From Planctomycetota bacterium (GTDB lineage Bacteria; Planctomycetota; UBA8108; SXIK01): a stretch of 64,000 bases of DNA. A program made the translations under genes and the position numbers. Within the stretch, counting starts at the first letter, position 1. Every line of letters starts with the position of its first letter. Shown piece after piece: positions 10,199-19,691 of the stretch. The notes under the pieces were generated by a model. That model searched no databases, was not told the DNA's origin, and saw only the letters and a list, made by a program, of their open reading frames with translations. The stretch lies in contig OZ244999.1 of assembly GCA_965223265.1 (NCBI GenBank), positions 3,104,001-3,168,000 of the forward strand, given 5' to 3'.

Positions 10199-11539
10199 TC
10201 ACGCGACAGGTTGATACTGCACCGTTCGCAGGTGCGGGGTTTGGATACGTTCGCCGCCGCGATGGTGCGACTCCAGAAGCGCATCCAGCATACCGGTGAC
10301 CAGTAGCGTCCGCTCGACCGGATAGCTTGGTTTGCCGGTCAGGTACATTTTTTCGATGTGGTTGCTCAAGAAGCTGAAGTGGTCGCGTTGAGGCTTGGGC
10401 AGATAGAACCAGGTGGCGGCGGGACTCTGCACCCCCCTGACCTGAGCCGCTAGGGCGAATTCCGAAACAAAGCCGCGCGATAGGTACGCCGTCGCTTTGA
10501 GTCCGTCGACATACTCGATCAAAAACAGGGTGGCGCGCGGATCGCCGCGGACGGCAGGGACGGGACGCTTTCCGGGAATCGTGGCCATAGCAGGCTCGAC
10601 CAGGTGGCCGTTCCAAGCGCCACTTCGAAGAACTTCCCACGCCTTTTCGCCTTCGAGACAGCGTACCGCGCTCACGCCTGTCTCGCCGCCGCGCCGCTTT
10701 TCCGCGAACGTCTGCAGACATTCCAAAGTGTGAAAACCGTAACTTTCAATGCCCGCGTATCCCACCGCGAGTAGGCCCTCGATCGGAGTTCCAGGGCGCA
10801 GCTCGAGAGCGGGGCGACGCCATGTGACTGGGACACTCGATCCGGCCATAAGCGCGAAATCGAGCTCGCGGGATTGACCGTACATCCAAGCGGCGTTCTC
10901 CCACGAGTACGACAGATGTTTGTCGTTGAAGACCGGAACGCTGCGACCGCTGGCCCGATAGACGTCAACGATCTCTTCGTACAAACGACGACGCGGGTAG
11001 AGGTGTTGACCCTTGTCATTGTGTGGATAGTTTCCGTGTTCGCCGATCAGGAGCACGCCGTCGACCGCGAGTTCCTTCTCGCCCAGCGTCAGAGCTTCGT
11101 GGGGCGTCTTCACAAGCGGAATTCCATAGCGTGCCGCCATGCCGCGCCCGATGTCGCTCGGCGGAAACTGTTCCACGTAAAGGCTGACGACATCGCAATG
11201 CGGATTGTGAATGCGACCGACGACGCCGTAGCCCTCGATGAACTTCGTGATGATGTCGTCGGCGTGCGAGTACTTGAAATAAGCCGTGGTGATCGCGGCG
11301 ATACGCTTCTTCGGGCCGTGTGCCGGGACGGCGTCAGTGGGCAGGTAGACGTCGGGTTCGGGGAGCGGCTGGCTCTGGGTGATCCACTGCTGTTCCCGGG
11401 CCGCCGCGTCGAGCGAGGGGCGCTGTCGAAGGAACGAGCCACCCAGGTGTGTGGTCCAGATTCCGGTGGCGGCCAGAGAAAGGAAGCGGCGACGTCGAAT
11501 GAGGCGTTGGGTCATGGCGTGTCTCTCCTTGACCTTCAA
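10199..11539 (-). CDS. Tat-exported conserved hypothetical protein, remote Gfo/Idh/MocA-like
   Basis: RRRFL twin-arginine signal; LAVDGVLLIGEHGNYP, PVFNDKHLS, MAGSSVP, ESYGFH, YPVERTLL. Confidence 0.8.
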   Translation of the reverse strand: MKVKERHAMTQRLIRRRRFLSLAATGIWTTHLGGSFLRQRPSLDAAAREQQWITQSQPLPEPDVYLPTDAVPAHGPKKRIAAITTAYFKYSHADDIITKFIEGYGVVGRIHNPHCDVVSLYVEQFPPSDIGRGMAARYGIPLVKTPHEALTLGEKELAVDGVLLIGEHGNYPHNDKGQHLYPRRRLYEEIVDVYRASGRSVPVFNDKHLSYSWENAAWMYGQSRELDFALMAGSSVPVTWRRPALELRPGTPIEGLLAVGYAGIESYGFHTLECLQTFAEKRRGGETGVSAVRCLEGEKAWEVLRSGAWNGHLVEPAMATIPGKRPVPAVRGDPRATLFLIEYVDGLKATAYLSRGFVSEFALAAQVRGVQSPAATWFYLPKPQRDHFSFLSNHIEKMYLTGKPSYPVERTLLVTGMLDALLESHHRGGERIQTPHLRTVQYQPVA

Positions 11540-11572
11540 CCTACTCGCCGCTGCGCGCGATGTCTGCCTCGA

Positions 11573-12040
11573 TTATCTGGTCGGCACGATCTGTGCCGGT
11601 TCGCTGGGTGAGGCCTCGACCGTTTCGACGTTGGTCCCGAGCCCCGCGTAGAGGATGCCTCTCTCCGCGACCGCACTACGGTAGATGTCGTAAACGTCTG
11701 GAAACCGATCTTCGAGTTCCACGAGCGACAGTTCTGCAGCCATCACCTTGCCGTCAACGTCTCTGACGCTGAAGAGAGGTCCGACTGGCGACGTCGTCAC
11801 GGTCACCGTCGCATTTTTTGATCGTAAACTGACGATCGTCTTGCCGACAATGACAGCCTCACCGGCCGCAGTCTCGCTGTGCGCTTTCGTCGCCACGCCA
11901 GCGCTGGAGTCTCGACGGAGCGTGTTCGAACTCTCGGTACTTTCGGCTGCCGTTGACTCATCTGAGGAAGTCGTCGCGCAGCCGTAAGCAAACCAAACGC
12001 AGCTGAGAAAGATCCATCGTTGCATGGCGAAACCTCTCAT
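11573..12040 (-). CDS. Hypothetical lipoprotein
   Basis: Hydrophobic N-terminus with lipobox-like FAYGC, S/T-rich linker, small beta domain. Confidence 0.65.
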   Translation of the reverse strand: MRGFAMQRWIFLSCVWFAYGCATTSSDESTAAESTESSNTLRRDSSAGVATKAHSETAAGEAVIVGKTIVSLRSKNATVTVTTSPVGPLFSVRDVDGKVMAAELSLVELEDRFPDVYDIYRSAVAERGILYAGLGTNVETVEASPSEPAQIVPTR

Positions 12041-12228
12041 CGACGATTCGGTTCATCGAAGATTCCGGCCGTGGTTTGCCCTCCCTCCTGCCCGGTCAGG
12101 CGACCCGGAGCCGACTTCCCGGATATGATGGAGACGGATTCCTGGGTTGCCACTTTTTTTCGTGTGAACGACTCGACCTACGTTGTCGCTGCGCGACTGG
12201 GGGAGGTGCGTGTTCGACCGCGCTTGGA

Positions 12229-13227
12229 TCAAGCTGGCGTTGGCGCAGTATCCCGCGTTGGCAGAGCGACTTCAGCGGCGGGACGGGCCCAGGTCGTAGT
12301 TGGCGGATAGCGTTCGAGAACCTCCCCCATGGGAGCGAACGCGAAGCGCTCCAGCAGCGTCTCGAGGCGTCGCTCCATGCCCTTGAGCCCGGTGTAGTGC
12401 CGCAAGCGTGATTTGAGGTGAGCAGCTAACCGAGGTTGTTCTGGATCGATTTCCCACGGGTGGATGTAGACGGTGCCAGGTCGACGATCCTTGACTTCGA
12501 GCTGTCGTAGAGCCCAGAGCGAGTACCACTGCGGGAAGATGCGCAAGTATCCGCCACCAGGACCCGGAAAATTCATTCCGAATGCCGTTGCCGTGCACGG
12601 CGGGAACTCGATGATCGAGGCGGGGGGAGTCACGTCACCCGAGTCGGCAGCAGACGATTCGGTCTGCTCGCGCCCACGTCCACCGAGGTCGACGCGGACG
12701 GGAAAGCGGGGAAAGTCGACGTATCCATAGACGTCATGCCGAATCGGGAAGATGCTTGAGTCGTACGCATAGCCTTCCGACGCGAGAACCTCGAGCGCCC
12801 ACAGAGATCGTTTCGTGATCGAGTAGCTTGGCGCGCGGTAGCCGCGCACCTTAACGCCGGCTGCGTCTTCGAGTCTGTTTGTCGCTTCGCGCGTGTCCCG
12901 ACGAAATTCATCGGGGTCGAGTTCGTACACAAGTCGGTGGAGCTGACTGTGGCAGCCGAGCTCATGTCCGCGTTTGACGATTTCCGCAACCACGAGCGGG
13001 CACTTTTTCGCCACCCAGCCGAGTGTAAAGAACGTCGCTCGCACACCGAAACGGTCGAAGAGATCGAGTAATCGATAGGTGTTGTCGGCAACGCGGATCG
13101 GAAATCGGTGCCAACGTTCGTGTCCGACGTAACGACGGAACGCCTCGACTTGGAAGTAGTCTTCGACGTCGACCGTTAGGGCATGAGTGATGCGGCTGTT
13201 TTGAGGTGTCTCACGTGGCGGGTTCAC
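12229..13227 (-). CDS. Polysaccharide deacetylase, XrtA/PEP-CTERM-associated type (DUF3473)
   Basis: TVDVEDYFQV, ATFFTLGWVA, HELGCHS, GYRAPSYS, GGGYLR, YIHPWEIDPEQP. Confidence 0.9.
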   Translation of the reverse strand: MNPPRETPQNSRITHALTVDVEDYFQVEAFRRYVGHERWHRFPIRVADNTYRLLDLFDRFGVRATFFTLGWVAKKCPLVVAEIVKRGHELGCHSQLHRLVYELDPDEFRRDTREATNRLEDAAGVKVRGYRAPSYSITKRSLWALEVLASEGYAYDSSIFPIRHDVYGYVDFPRFPVRVDLGGRGREQTESSAADSGDVTPPASIIEFPPCTATAFGMNFPGPGGGYLRIFPQWYSLWALRQLEVKDRRPGTVYIHPWEIDPEQPRLAAHLKSRLRHYTGLKGMERRLETLLERFAFAPMGEVLERYPPTTTWARPAAEVALPTRDTAPTPA

Positions 13228-13274
13228 TCACGCGTCTTCGGCGTTCGGGCGTGCTGACCTGCAGTCACGGCCGC

Positions 13275-13344
13275 GCCTGCGACTATCGGCCTGCGACTAT
13301 CGGCCCGTGGCTGTCGGCCTGTGACTATCGGCCTGTGACTATCG
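13275..13344. repeat. Tandem repeat, 5 x 14 bp (GCCTGYGACTATCG)
   Basis: Units start at 13275, 13289, 13303 (degenerate), 13317 and 13331; the last unit contains the batE-like TAG stop. Confidence 0.85.
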
Positions 13345-14259
13345 GAGCCTGCGGGGAATCACCCAGTCGACCGCTCGCGCCGGGATCCAAGACGTCGTGC
13401 CATCGAGGAGTCGCACGTGAACCCAGTCTGCGCTACCCTGCTCCGTCCCCCCAGCCACCGAGCTCACTTCCGTACCGGGAGGGAACGGACGCGAGTGCGA
13501 TGCCGAATAGGTCTCACCGTCACCACGTTTCCCCTCGATCTCGACTTGGATGACGCCGTCTTCTGCGAGCGGCGGTTTTGCGGCATCGACACCGATCGAT
13601 CCGGCGAGAACGAGGGCCACAACGAGCAGCGCGATGCCGGCGGCGAAAAAAAATCGCCGTCGCCACTGAGCGACCGCAAGGAGGGCGAACGCCAGAGGGA
13701 AGATCACGGTGAAGATGGAGAGGCGTAGAGAGAACGTCAGACCGTAGTGCCAAAAGAAAAGCGTTTCTACCAGCGAGTCGGACGCTGAGACCTGTCGGGT
13801 GATCGGCATGGTCAGCCGAAGGTGATCGAGGCTGCCTCGGGCGCGCTCGTTGCTTGGGTCGACCGCGAGGGCGCGACGGTAGAAGAGCACCGCCTTGCCG
13901 GCCTCATCAGCGAAGGCATAGCTGTTGGCGGCGTTCGTGGCGACTTGAGTCGACGTCACACCCTGGTCCCAGCAAGCTGCGAAGAGGTCGCCGGCGGCGC
14001 GGTACTTCGAGCGGGTCTCACCGCCTTGCGATGGATGATTCTCTTGAAACTCCCGTGCGGCGCTGAATGCCTCGTGAGCACGCTTGAAAGTGTCGCCAGC
14101 GCTGGGGGGCGTCGCAGCGACATCTGCCGGAATCGATGCGGAGTCGGCGAGAGCTAGGTCTGCACTCGTCATGATGGCGGTGCTCGCGACGGTCACGGCG
14201 CATACAACGCTGCGGGCTGCAGACCACACCCAAGTTGAAAGAGGTTGTCGGACGTCCAA
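13339..14259 (-). CDS. BatE-like protein (TPR, TM segments, SH3-like C-terminus)
   Basis: TPR (GKAVLFYRRALAVDP), hydrophobic helices, WVHVRLLDGTTSWIP; last gene of the bat operon. Confidence 0.8.
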   Translation of the reverse strand: MDVRQPLSTWVWSAARSVVCAVTVASTAIMTSADLALADSASIPADVAATPPSAGDTFKRAHEAFSAAREFQENHPSQGGETRSKYRAAGDLFAACWDQGVTSTQVATNAANSYAFADEAGKAVLFYRRALAVDPSNERARGSLDHLRLTMPITRQVSASDSLVETLFFWHYGLTFSLRLSIFTVIFPLAFALLAVAQWRRRFFFAAGIALLVVALVLAGSIGVDAAKPPLAEDGVIQVEIEGKRGDGETYSASHSRPFPPGTEVSSVAGGTEQGSADWVHVRLLDGTTSWIPARAVDWVIPRRLR

Positions 14260-14278
14260 GTGAAGGATCTCGGCTCCT

Positions 14279-16216
14279 CTATTTGAGCAGTGGGTTCAGT
14301 CGCTTGAGGACGTCTCGAGCCCGGTCGACAGGAACATCTCGCGAGCCGCCGCCGAACCTTCCGGATAGAAATGACTCCAGCACCTGGAGCGCTTCGTCGG
14401 CGAGCTCGGAGGAGACGCCGTGCTCTTCGAGAGTCGACTTCAGCTCGCCCGGGGTTAGCTCGCCGCGCGCAACGCCGGCACGCTCCGAGAAGTAATCCCG
14501 GAATGCCGTCGCGGCGTCGTCGAGCTCGGCATCGTCGCTGAGTCGTCCGAGCGCGCGCGACAGGGCTCTGTCCTTCAGTGTCGTCTCCGGTGCGCGCTGT
14601 TGGCGTCGTCGGATGATTACAGCAGCAGCGAAAAGCAGCGGCGGGACCACTAACACCGCGGAGATCCGTCGGCTCAAAACGGCTCGCGTCGGTTCAAACG
14701 AGGATTGCGCTTGGCCAATGGTGGCGAAGTTGGCGGCGATGCCAGTGCGCGTTCCGATCGACTCGACATCGTTCGGCCGCCGGATCGAAGTCGCTGTCGA
14801 GGCGTTTTGCCGTTCGCTGACGATGGCGTCATTCGCACTGACCGTCTTCACTTCCCGGACGGTGATAGGGATCGGTTGCGACCGAAAAATTTCGTAGCGC
14901 CTCGACTTCGAATCGTACGACGGAAAGGCGATCGGCGGAATCGCTTTGACGTGTTTACCTTGTGGCCGCAGTCGGAGGCGAAACGTTTTTGTCTTGCCAC
15001 CGACGACGCCCGGATCCATGTCACCGGAGACGTCGAAGTCTTTCGTCAATGTGTCGTCTCTTGCCCAGAGAGGCTGCGAGAGGTTCTCCAGAAGCGCCTG
15101 TGTTGCTTCTGTGCCCCAGCCGTTTTGGCTTGTGACGCGTACCTGCAGCGTCAGAGGCGCGAAGGCGTCCACCTCGGTCGTTGGCGTCTCTACCTCGACG
15201 CTATACTTACCTACGGCGCCGTTGTAGGTCGGTGGTTGGCCGTGGCGCGGCGGTTCTTCGACCCGATAGATGACGGAGCCGATCTGGGCGCGGAAGTCTT
15301 TGAAAACAGGCACTTCGACGACGCGGCCCTGGAGACCGAAGGCGCGGTTTCGGCGTCTCTTTTCAACCCCCGTCGCCAGCGCAAGGCCGGCCGTCGCCTG
15401 CCCGCATTCAATCGAGCCGACCTGAAGAGGGACGACATCGAACGCGAACGAGAGAGTCCTGAAGCCTTCGCCTTGGTCGTTGGTCTCAAAGTCCTCGACG
15501 ATATGGAGCGCGGTCTTCTCGAGTTTCACCTGTGTCGAGTCTCGGCGGAGTGCGGCGGGAAAGAGCAGCACACCGCTCTGCTGGATCAGCGGTATCTCCA
15601 GTGCTGTGAGTCCGAAGGCGGAGCGGCGATCGAAGAAGCTGTCAGAGCCGAATTCATCGTTGCGGGCGCCGCTGTAAGAAATCGTGTACTTGACGCGAAA
15701 CGGTTCTGCGACACCGCCGCTTGGATTCTGCAGGTCGACGCGAAACCGCACATTGAGAGGCGGTCGTCGGTAGACCTCCAGTGTCAACGCGTCTTGGGAT
15801 TTGATCGTCCTGGTGCCGACCGTGCCTGTGATCGGTCCGACCTGGAAGGTCTGCCGCTGAGCGGCCAGCGGCTTGAGGAGGTACGTCATCGAGATCGAGA
15901 AACGTCCGTTGGTCCAGCGCTGCGTTGGTCGAAACGGGCCGTTGACCGCCAGCCCCCGGATCTCCGGAACGTCGGGCGTGACCTGCGCTGCGTTCTGTCC
16001 GGAGATGTATACCTCGAGCTGGATTTCTTCGTCCGCATACGCCTGCGTCTTCGACAGTGCCGCACGGAGCGTTTGCGCCTCGACGACTTCAATGTTGCTG
16101 AGCAGCACCAGGCACCCGACCAGGCTGAAAGCGAAGAGGCGGGTAGCATGCGGTTGATGCAGGAGACGATCGATGGACGTTTGTCGACGCCGCAGACCCT
16201 CGTGCTCTGGTTGCAT
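14279..16216 (-). CDS. batD: BatD-family protein
   Basis: Signal peptide, GAVGKYSV and PPIAFPSYD motifs, C-terminal TM; operon context. Confidence 0.85.
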   Translation of the reverse strand: MQPEHEGLRRRQTSIDRLLHQPHATRLFAFSLVGCLVLLSNIEVVEAQTLRAALSKTQAYADEEIQLEVYISGQNAAQVTPDVPEIRGLAVNGPFRPTQRWTNGRFSISMTYLLKPLAAQRQTFQVGPITGTVGTRTIKSQDALTLEVYRRPPLNVRFRVDLQNPSGGVAEPFRVKYTISYSGARNDEFGSDSFFDRRSAFGLTALEIPLIQQSGVLLFPAALRRDSTQVKLEKTALHIVEDFETNDQGEGFRTLSFAFDVVPLQVGSIECGQATAGLALATGVEKRRRNRAFGLQGRVVEVPVFKDFRAQIGSVIYRVEEPPRHGQPPTYNGAVGKYSVEVETPTTEVDAFAPLTLQVRVTSQNGWGTEATQALLENLSQPLWARDDTLTKDFDVSGDMDPGVVGGKTKTFRLRLRPQGKHVKAIPPIAFPSYDSKSRRYEIFRSQPIPITVREVKTVSANDAIVSERQNASTATSIRRPNDVESIGTRTGIAANFATIGQAQSSFEPTRAVLSRRISAVLVVPPLLFAAAVIIRRRQQRAPETTLKDRALSRALGRLSDDAELDDAATAFRDYFSERAGVARGELTPGELKSTLEEHGVSSELADEALQVLESFLSGRFGGGSRDVPVDRARDVLKRLNPLLK

Positions 16217-16230
16217 GTTCTCTTCCTCTC

Positions 16231-18528
16231 CTACCAATCTTTGACTGCTGTACGCCCGGAGGAGCCAGAGAAGATCTTCGCCTCTTGCTCGCGGCGCTCT
16301 TGGTCCATCCGCTCCCGCTCTTCGCGCGCCTGGCTGACGTTCACTTGCTGGAGATTTTGCTGCTCCTGCCGCTGGTCTTGAGGCTCTTGACTTCGCTGGT
16401 CTTGATTCTGCTGTTGCTCGTTTGGGTCTTGACCGTCTTGATTCTGGTCTTGCCCGCTCAAGATCGCCAGGGCTTCGTGAAATGCCGCGATGTCGCGTTC
16501 GATCGCTTCACCGGCTTCTTGGGTAAGGCCGCGGTCGAGGGCCTCAGCGGACGCAAAGACGGCCTGCTCGCCTTCTGTCATCTTCGGCAGCGCCTTCTGA
16601 GCTCTTTCGTCCTGGCGTTCCTTCAGCTCGGCTGCGATCTTGCCCGCCTCAGCTCCATCGCTTCGCTGGGAAGCGCCGAGGGCCGCGCTCGCCGCTTCCT
16701 TGGGCTCGCCGGCGAGGTCTTGAATCCCGGCCGCAGACGTCTCCGCTTCGGTTTGCCGAACGAGGAGGTCGCGCAGGCGTTCCTCCAGGCTCTTGGGTGG
16801 TTTGGGGAGGAGATCTTCGGCCTGGCGGAGTGCCTCGAGCGCTCGCTCTTCTGCTACCCGCGCAGCGTCGAGTCGTGCCGAACGCAGAGCGTCGAGTGCC
16901 TCCGTCGCTGCCGTGAGCGCTTCAGCGCCTGCGGCCCGCAGTTTTTCACTCAGTTCCTTTGCTGCCGCTTCATCGAGCCCGGCGGTCGGCGCGCCGTGAG
17001 GATCTGGATGGTTGCCACCGGGGTGTCCGAGAGGTGCGCCACCGCTGGTGGCCGCCGCCGGCGTCGGCGGCACCTCGGCGCGTGAGATCAAGGCTGCGGC
17101 CCAAATGACCTCTTCCTGATCGTCCGCGAGAGTGCGCGCGAGTGTCTTGGTGTGCGGGTTGAGGTGGCGAGCGATCGGCTGCAGCACCTTGTCTTTGAGT
17201 GCGCCGAGAAGGGCCTTGCCTGCCCCGAGCGCTTGGTCGGCGAGACTCGTCGACGAGTCGATAGCAGCGTCGCCAGATTTCTCGTCGCCGTCGCCCTTCG
17301 GCGGCGCGGAACCGTCGCCTGAGGCGCTTCCGGCGGTCTCTTCATTCTCCCCAAGAATCTGCCGTGTTGACTCGAGAATCGCTTCCTCGAACGCAATGCC
17401 CTCGGCGATGATCTCTGGGAGGTGGACGGGGAACGCGAGCAGCGTTTGCCGCAGGGAGCGGATCGCCTCGGTGTGGCGGCCCACGGCTTTCTCGATCGCC
17501 AGCTCGGCATAGTCCGCCTCAGCGTTCTTCATGGCTTCGATCGCCTCCGCCAGCGTCTTCGCGGCGGCTTGGAGCTGCTCGGGGGCGGGGGACTCCGGGG
17601 GGGGCGGCGGCGGCGTCGTGCCGCCTGCTGGAGCCGGAGTCGAGGCGGAGTTTGCCGCCTTGGAGGCCTCTTCGAGTTCTACCTTGAGGCGGTGAGCGAG
17701 CTTTTCGGCGAGGGCGCGGTTTGCCTCCTCCGCTTTGCGAAGCTGTCGCGATGGAATGCGTCGCCGCCGCGGCGGTGCGTCCTCGAGTCCGCGGCCGAGA
17801 GCGCGATGCTGTCGCTCCGCGGCGATCAGGCGTCGAATCAGCTGCGGCGGTGACTTGAGTGCTTCGTCCTCTTCGCGCTCGCGCTTTTCCTCTTCAAGTT
17901 TGGCGATGCGGTCGAGTACTGATTTCAGCGCGGTCTTTGCTACGCCGAGATTGAAGTCCGATGCCTCCGTCGACGGCTCCACCTTGCGAAAGAACGAGAT
18001 CGAGCTGCGGAGGCTTTTCGCCGCCTCTGCGAGCTTTTTCACGGTCGCATCGAAATCTGCGGTGGAATCCATTTCCGACGCTTCTTCGAAAGCGGCTTTA
18101 CCGTCCCCAAAGTGCGTCCAGCCGAGGTTGTAGTGGGCGGCCTGCTGCAGCTCGCCTCGGGCCCGCGTGGCGACGTCTTCGAAGCGCTCCGTCGCTTTGG
18201 ATCGATCTCCCTGCCGAAGCCAACTGACCCCGGCGTTGAAGCGACGTGTGAGGAGATCGTTGGAAGGCGTTGCGGCCTCGTAGCTCTCAATGGCTGCAGC
18301 AAACTCTCCCGCTTCGAATGCATCGTTTCCTTGGCGGAGGAAATCGCTGGCGTCGACGGCGGTACACAGAAAGCCGATACCGCACGTCAGAGCGACTACG
18401 GGCAGCGCCGCCAACGGATTCGCCAGCGTCGCGGTGCAGCGCTGATCGAGCCGTTCGGGCTGCATCAGCGCACTTCGTTTGCTGGTGGCGCGAAAGTTTC
18501 TGCGGTCGAGAGAACTCGTCGGTGTCAT
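16231..18528 (-). CDS. Long TPR/coiled-coil protein (BatC-like N-terminus, Q-rich tail ending KDW)
   Basis: QGNDAFEAGEFAAAIESY and AHYNLG TPRs; Q/D-rich linker; KDW C-terminus as seen in BatC-like proteins. Confidence 0.8.
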   Translation of the reverse strand: MTPTSSLDRRNFRATSKRSALMQPERLDQRCTATLANPLAALPVVALTCGIGFLCTAVDASDFLRQGNDAFEAGEFAAAIESYEAATPSNDLLTRRFNAGVSWLRQGDRSKATERFEDVATRARGELQQAAHYNLGWTHFGDGKAAFEEASEMDSTADFDATVKKLAEAAKSLRSSISFFRKVEPSTEASDFNLGVAKTALKSVLDRIAKLEEEKREREEDEALKSPPQLIRRLIAAERQHRALGRGLEDAPPRRRRIPSRQLRKAEEANRALAEKLAHRLKVELEEASKAANSASTPAPAGGTTPPPPPPESPAPEQLQAAAKTLAEAIEAMKNAEADYAELAIEKAVGRHTEAIRSLRQTLLAFPVHLPEIIAEGIAFEEAILESTRQILGENEETAGSASGDGSAPPKGDGDEKSGDAAIDSSTSLADQALGAGKALLGALKDKVLQPIARHLNPHTKTLARTLADDQEEVIWAAALISRAEVPPTPAAATSGGAPLGHPGGNHPDPHGAPTAGLDEAAAKELSEKLRAAGAEALTAATEALDALRSARLDAARVAEERALEALRQAEDLLPKPPKSLEERLRDLLVRQTEAETSAAGIQDLAGEPKEAASAALGASQRSDGAEAGKIAAELKERQDERAQKALPKMTEGEQAVFASAEALDRGLTQEAGEAIERDIAAFHEALAILSGQDQNQDGQDPNEQQQNQDQRSQEPQDQRQEQQNLQQVNVSQAREERERMDQERREQEAKIFSGSSGRTAVKDW

Positions 18529-19652
18529 GGCGTCGACTCCACTGACTCGAGTGCGAGTTGTCCTTTCTTCGGACGTTCAGGCAGCGTCACGGCGAGAACG
18601 TACAGCACTAGACCGGCCAAAAGAAAAGGCTGAAAAATCTCGGTCCAGAACACTCTCTTCTCGGTCACTTCGTCCCGGGTGTTGGGCGCAATCCGTTGAT
18701 CATAGAATTCTACCAGGCTGAAGTGCTGCGTGCCGACGGGCAGGAAGACACCGCGGGGTGCTGCGTTCGTCATCTCGATGAGTGTCTTTGCATCGAGTTT
18801 CGACTGGACGACGTTCCCGTCGCGATCCTTGACGTATTCGACGTTGCCATCCGGCGTCTGAATGGCGATCGGGGAGCCTGTCTCACTGCCTAGTCCAATC
18901 GTGTAGAGGCCGACGTTGAGAGCGGCGGCGTGCTCTGCTGCACGCACTGGATAGGAACCGTGGTCTTCGCCATCGGTGATCAAAAGCAGGTCGGCGAATG
19001 ACTCCTTGCGGCCTCTCAGCTCTTCCTCCATCACACGGTCACCGACGCCCGGCTCAGCGTCGGCGGGAGACTCGTCGGCTTCGAGCCCCAAGAGATCGTC
19101 AGTCGCCTTGCGGATGGCGTCACCGATGTTGGTCCCTCCTGCGGAAGCACTCGTCGTGTCGATGGTTCTCAGTACACTCTTGAAGTAGGTGAAGTTTCGC
19201 GTCAGAGGGCACTTGATGACCGCGTCACCAGCGAAGACCACGAGGCCGACGCGATCGCCCTGAAGGTGATCGACAAGGCGAGAGATCTCGTCCTTGGCAC
19301 GCTCGAGGCGACTTGGCTGTAGATCGGTCGCGAGCATCGACCGGGACACGTCGAGGAGAATCGCGACGTCTCGCGAGCTCGTCCTATACTGCTGCTCTTC
19401 CGGGTTGCACCGCGGCTGGACCGCCGCGGCAGTCAGCAACACGATCGCGAACGCGAAGGCGATCGCCCGTCGCCAGCGTCGACGCCCCAGCGATTTGAGC
19501 CAGAGCTCTGTACGCACTCGGTCGTATCCGAAGATCGTCAGAACGTGCCGACGCCGCGCGATGCCCCAACCGCAAAGCACGAGAACCAGCGGCGCGGCCC
19601 ACACCAGGTGGACCCACGGAACGAGTGCTGGAAGGTCAAACTGCTCAAACAT
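18525..19652 (-). CDS. batB: VWA-domain protein, BatB-like
   Basis: MIDAS DVSRS, PSRLERAK, DRVGLVVFAG, TDGEDH. Confidence 0.88.
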   Translation of the reverse strand: MFEQFDLPALVPWVHLVWAAPLVLVLCGWGIARRRHVLTIFGYDRVRTELWLKSLGRRRWRRAIAFAFAIVLLTAAAVQPRCNPEEQQYRTSSRDVAILLDVSRSMLATDLQPSRLERAKDEISRLVDHLQGDRVGLVVFAGDAVIKCPLTRNFTYFKSVLRTIDTTSASAGGTNIGDAIRKATDDLLGLEADESPADAEPGVGDRVMEEELRGRKESFADLLLITDGEDHGSYPVRAAEHAAALNVGLYTIGLGSETGSPIAIQTPDGNVEYVKDRDGNVVQSKLDAKTLIEMTNAAPRGVFLPVGTQHFSLVEFYDQRIAPNTRDEVTEKRVFWTEIFQPFLLAGLVLYVLAVTLPERPKKGQLALESVESTP

Positions 19653-19691
19653 GTCGAAAGGTCTACGTCTAGAGTCGAGGTCAACAAGCGA

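Noticed and set aside
13275-13344. CRISPR array
   Set aside because: 14-bp units with no spacers and no cas genes.
14705-16381. 558-aa plus-strand ORF and similar long antisense ORFs (e.g. 7838-9070, 45713-46891, 62598-63620)
   Set aside because: Shadow frames of well-supported genes in GC-rich DNA, with no motifs.
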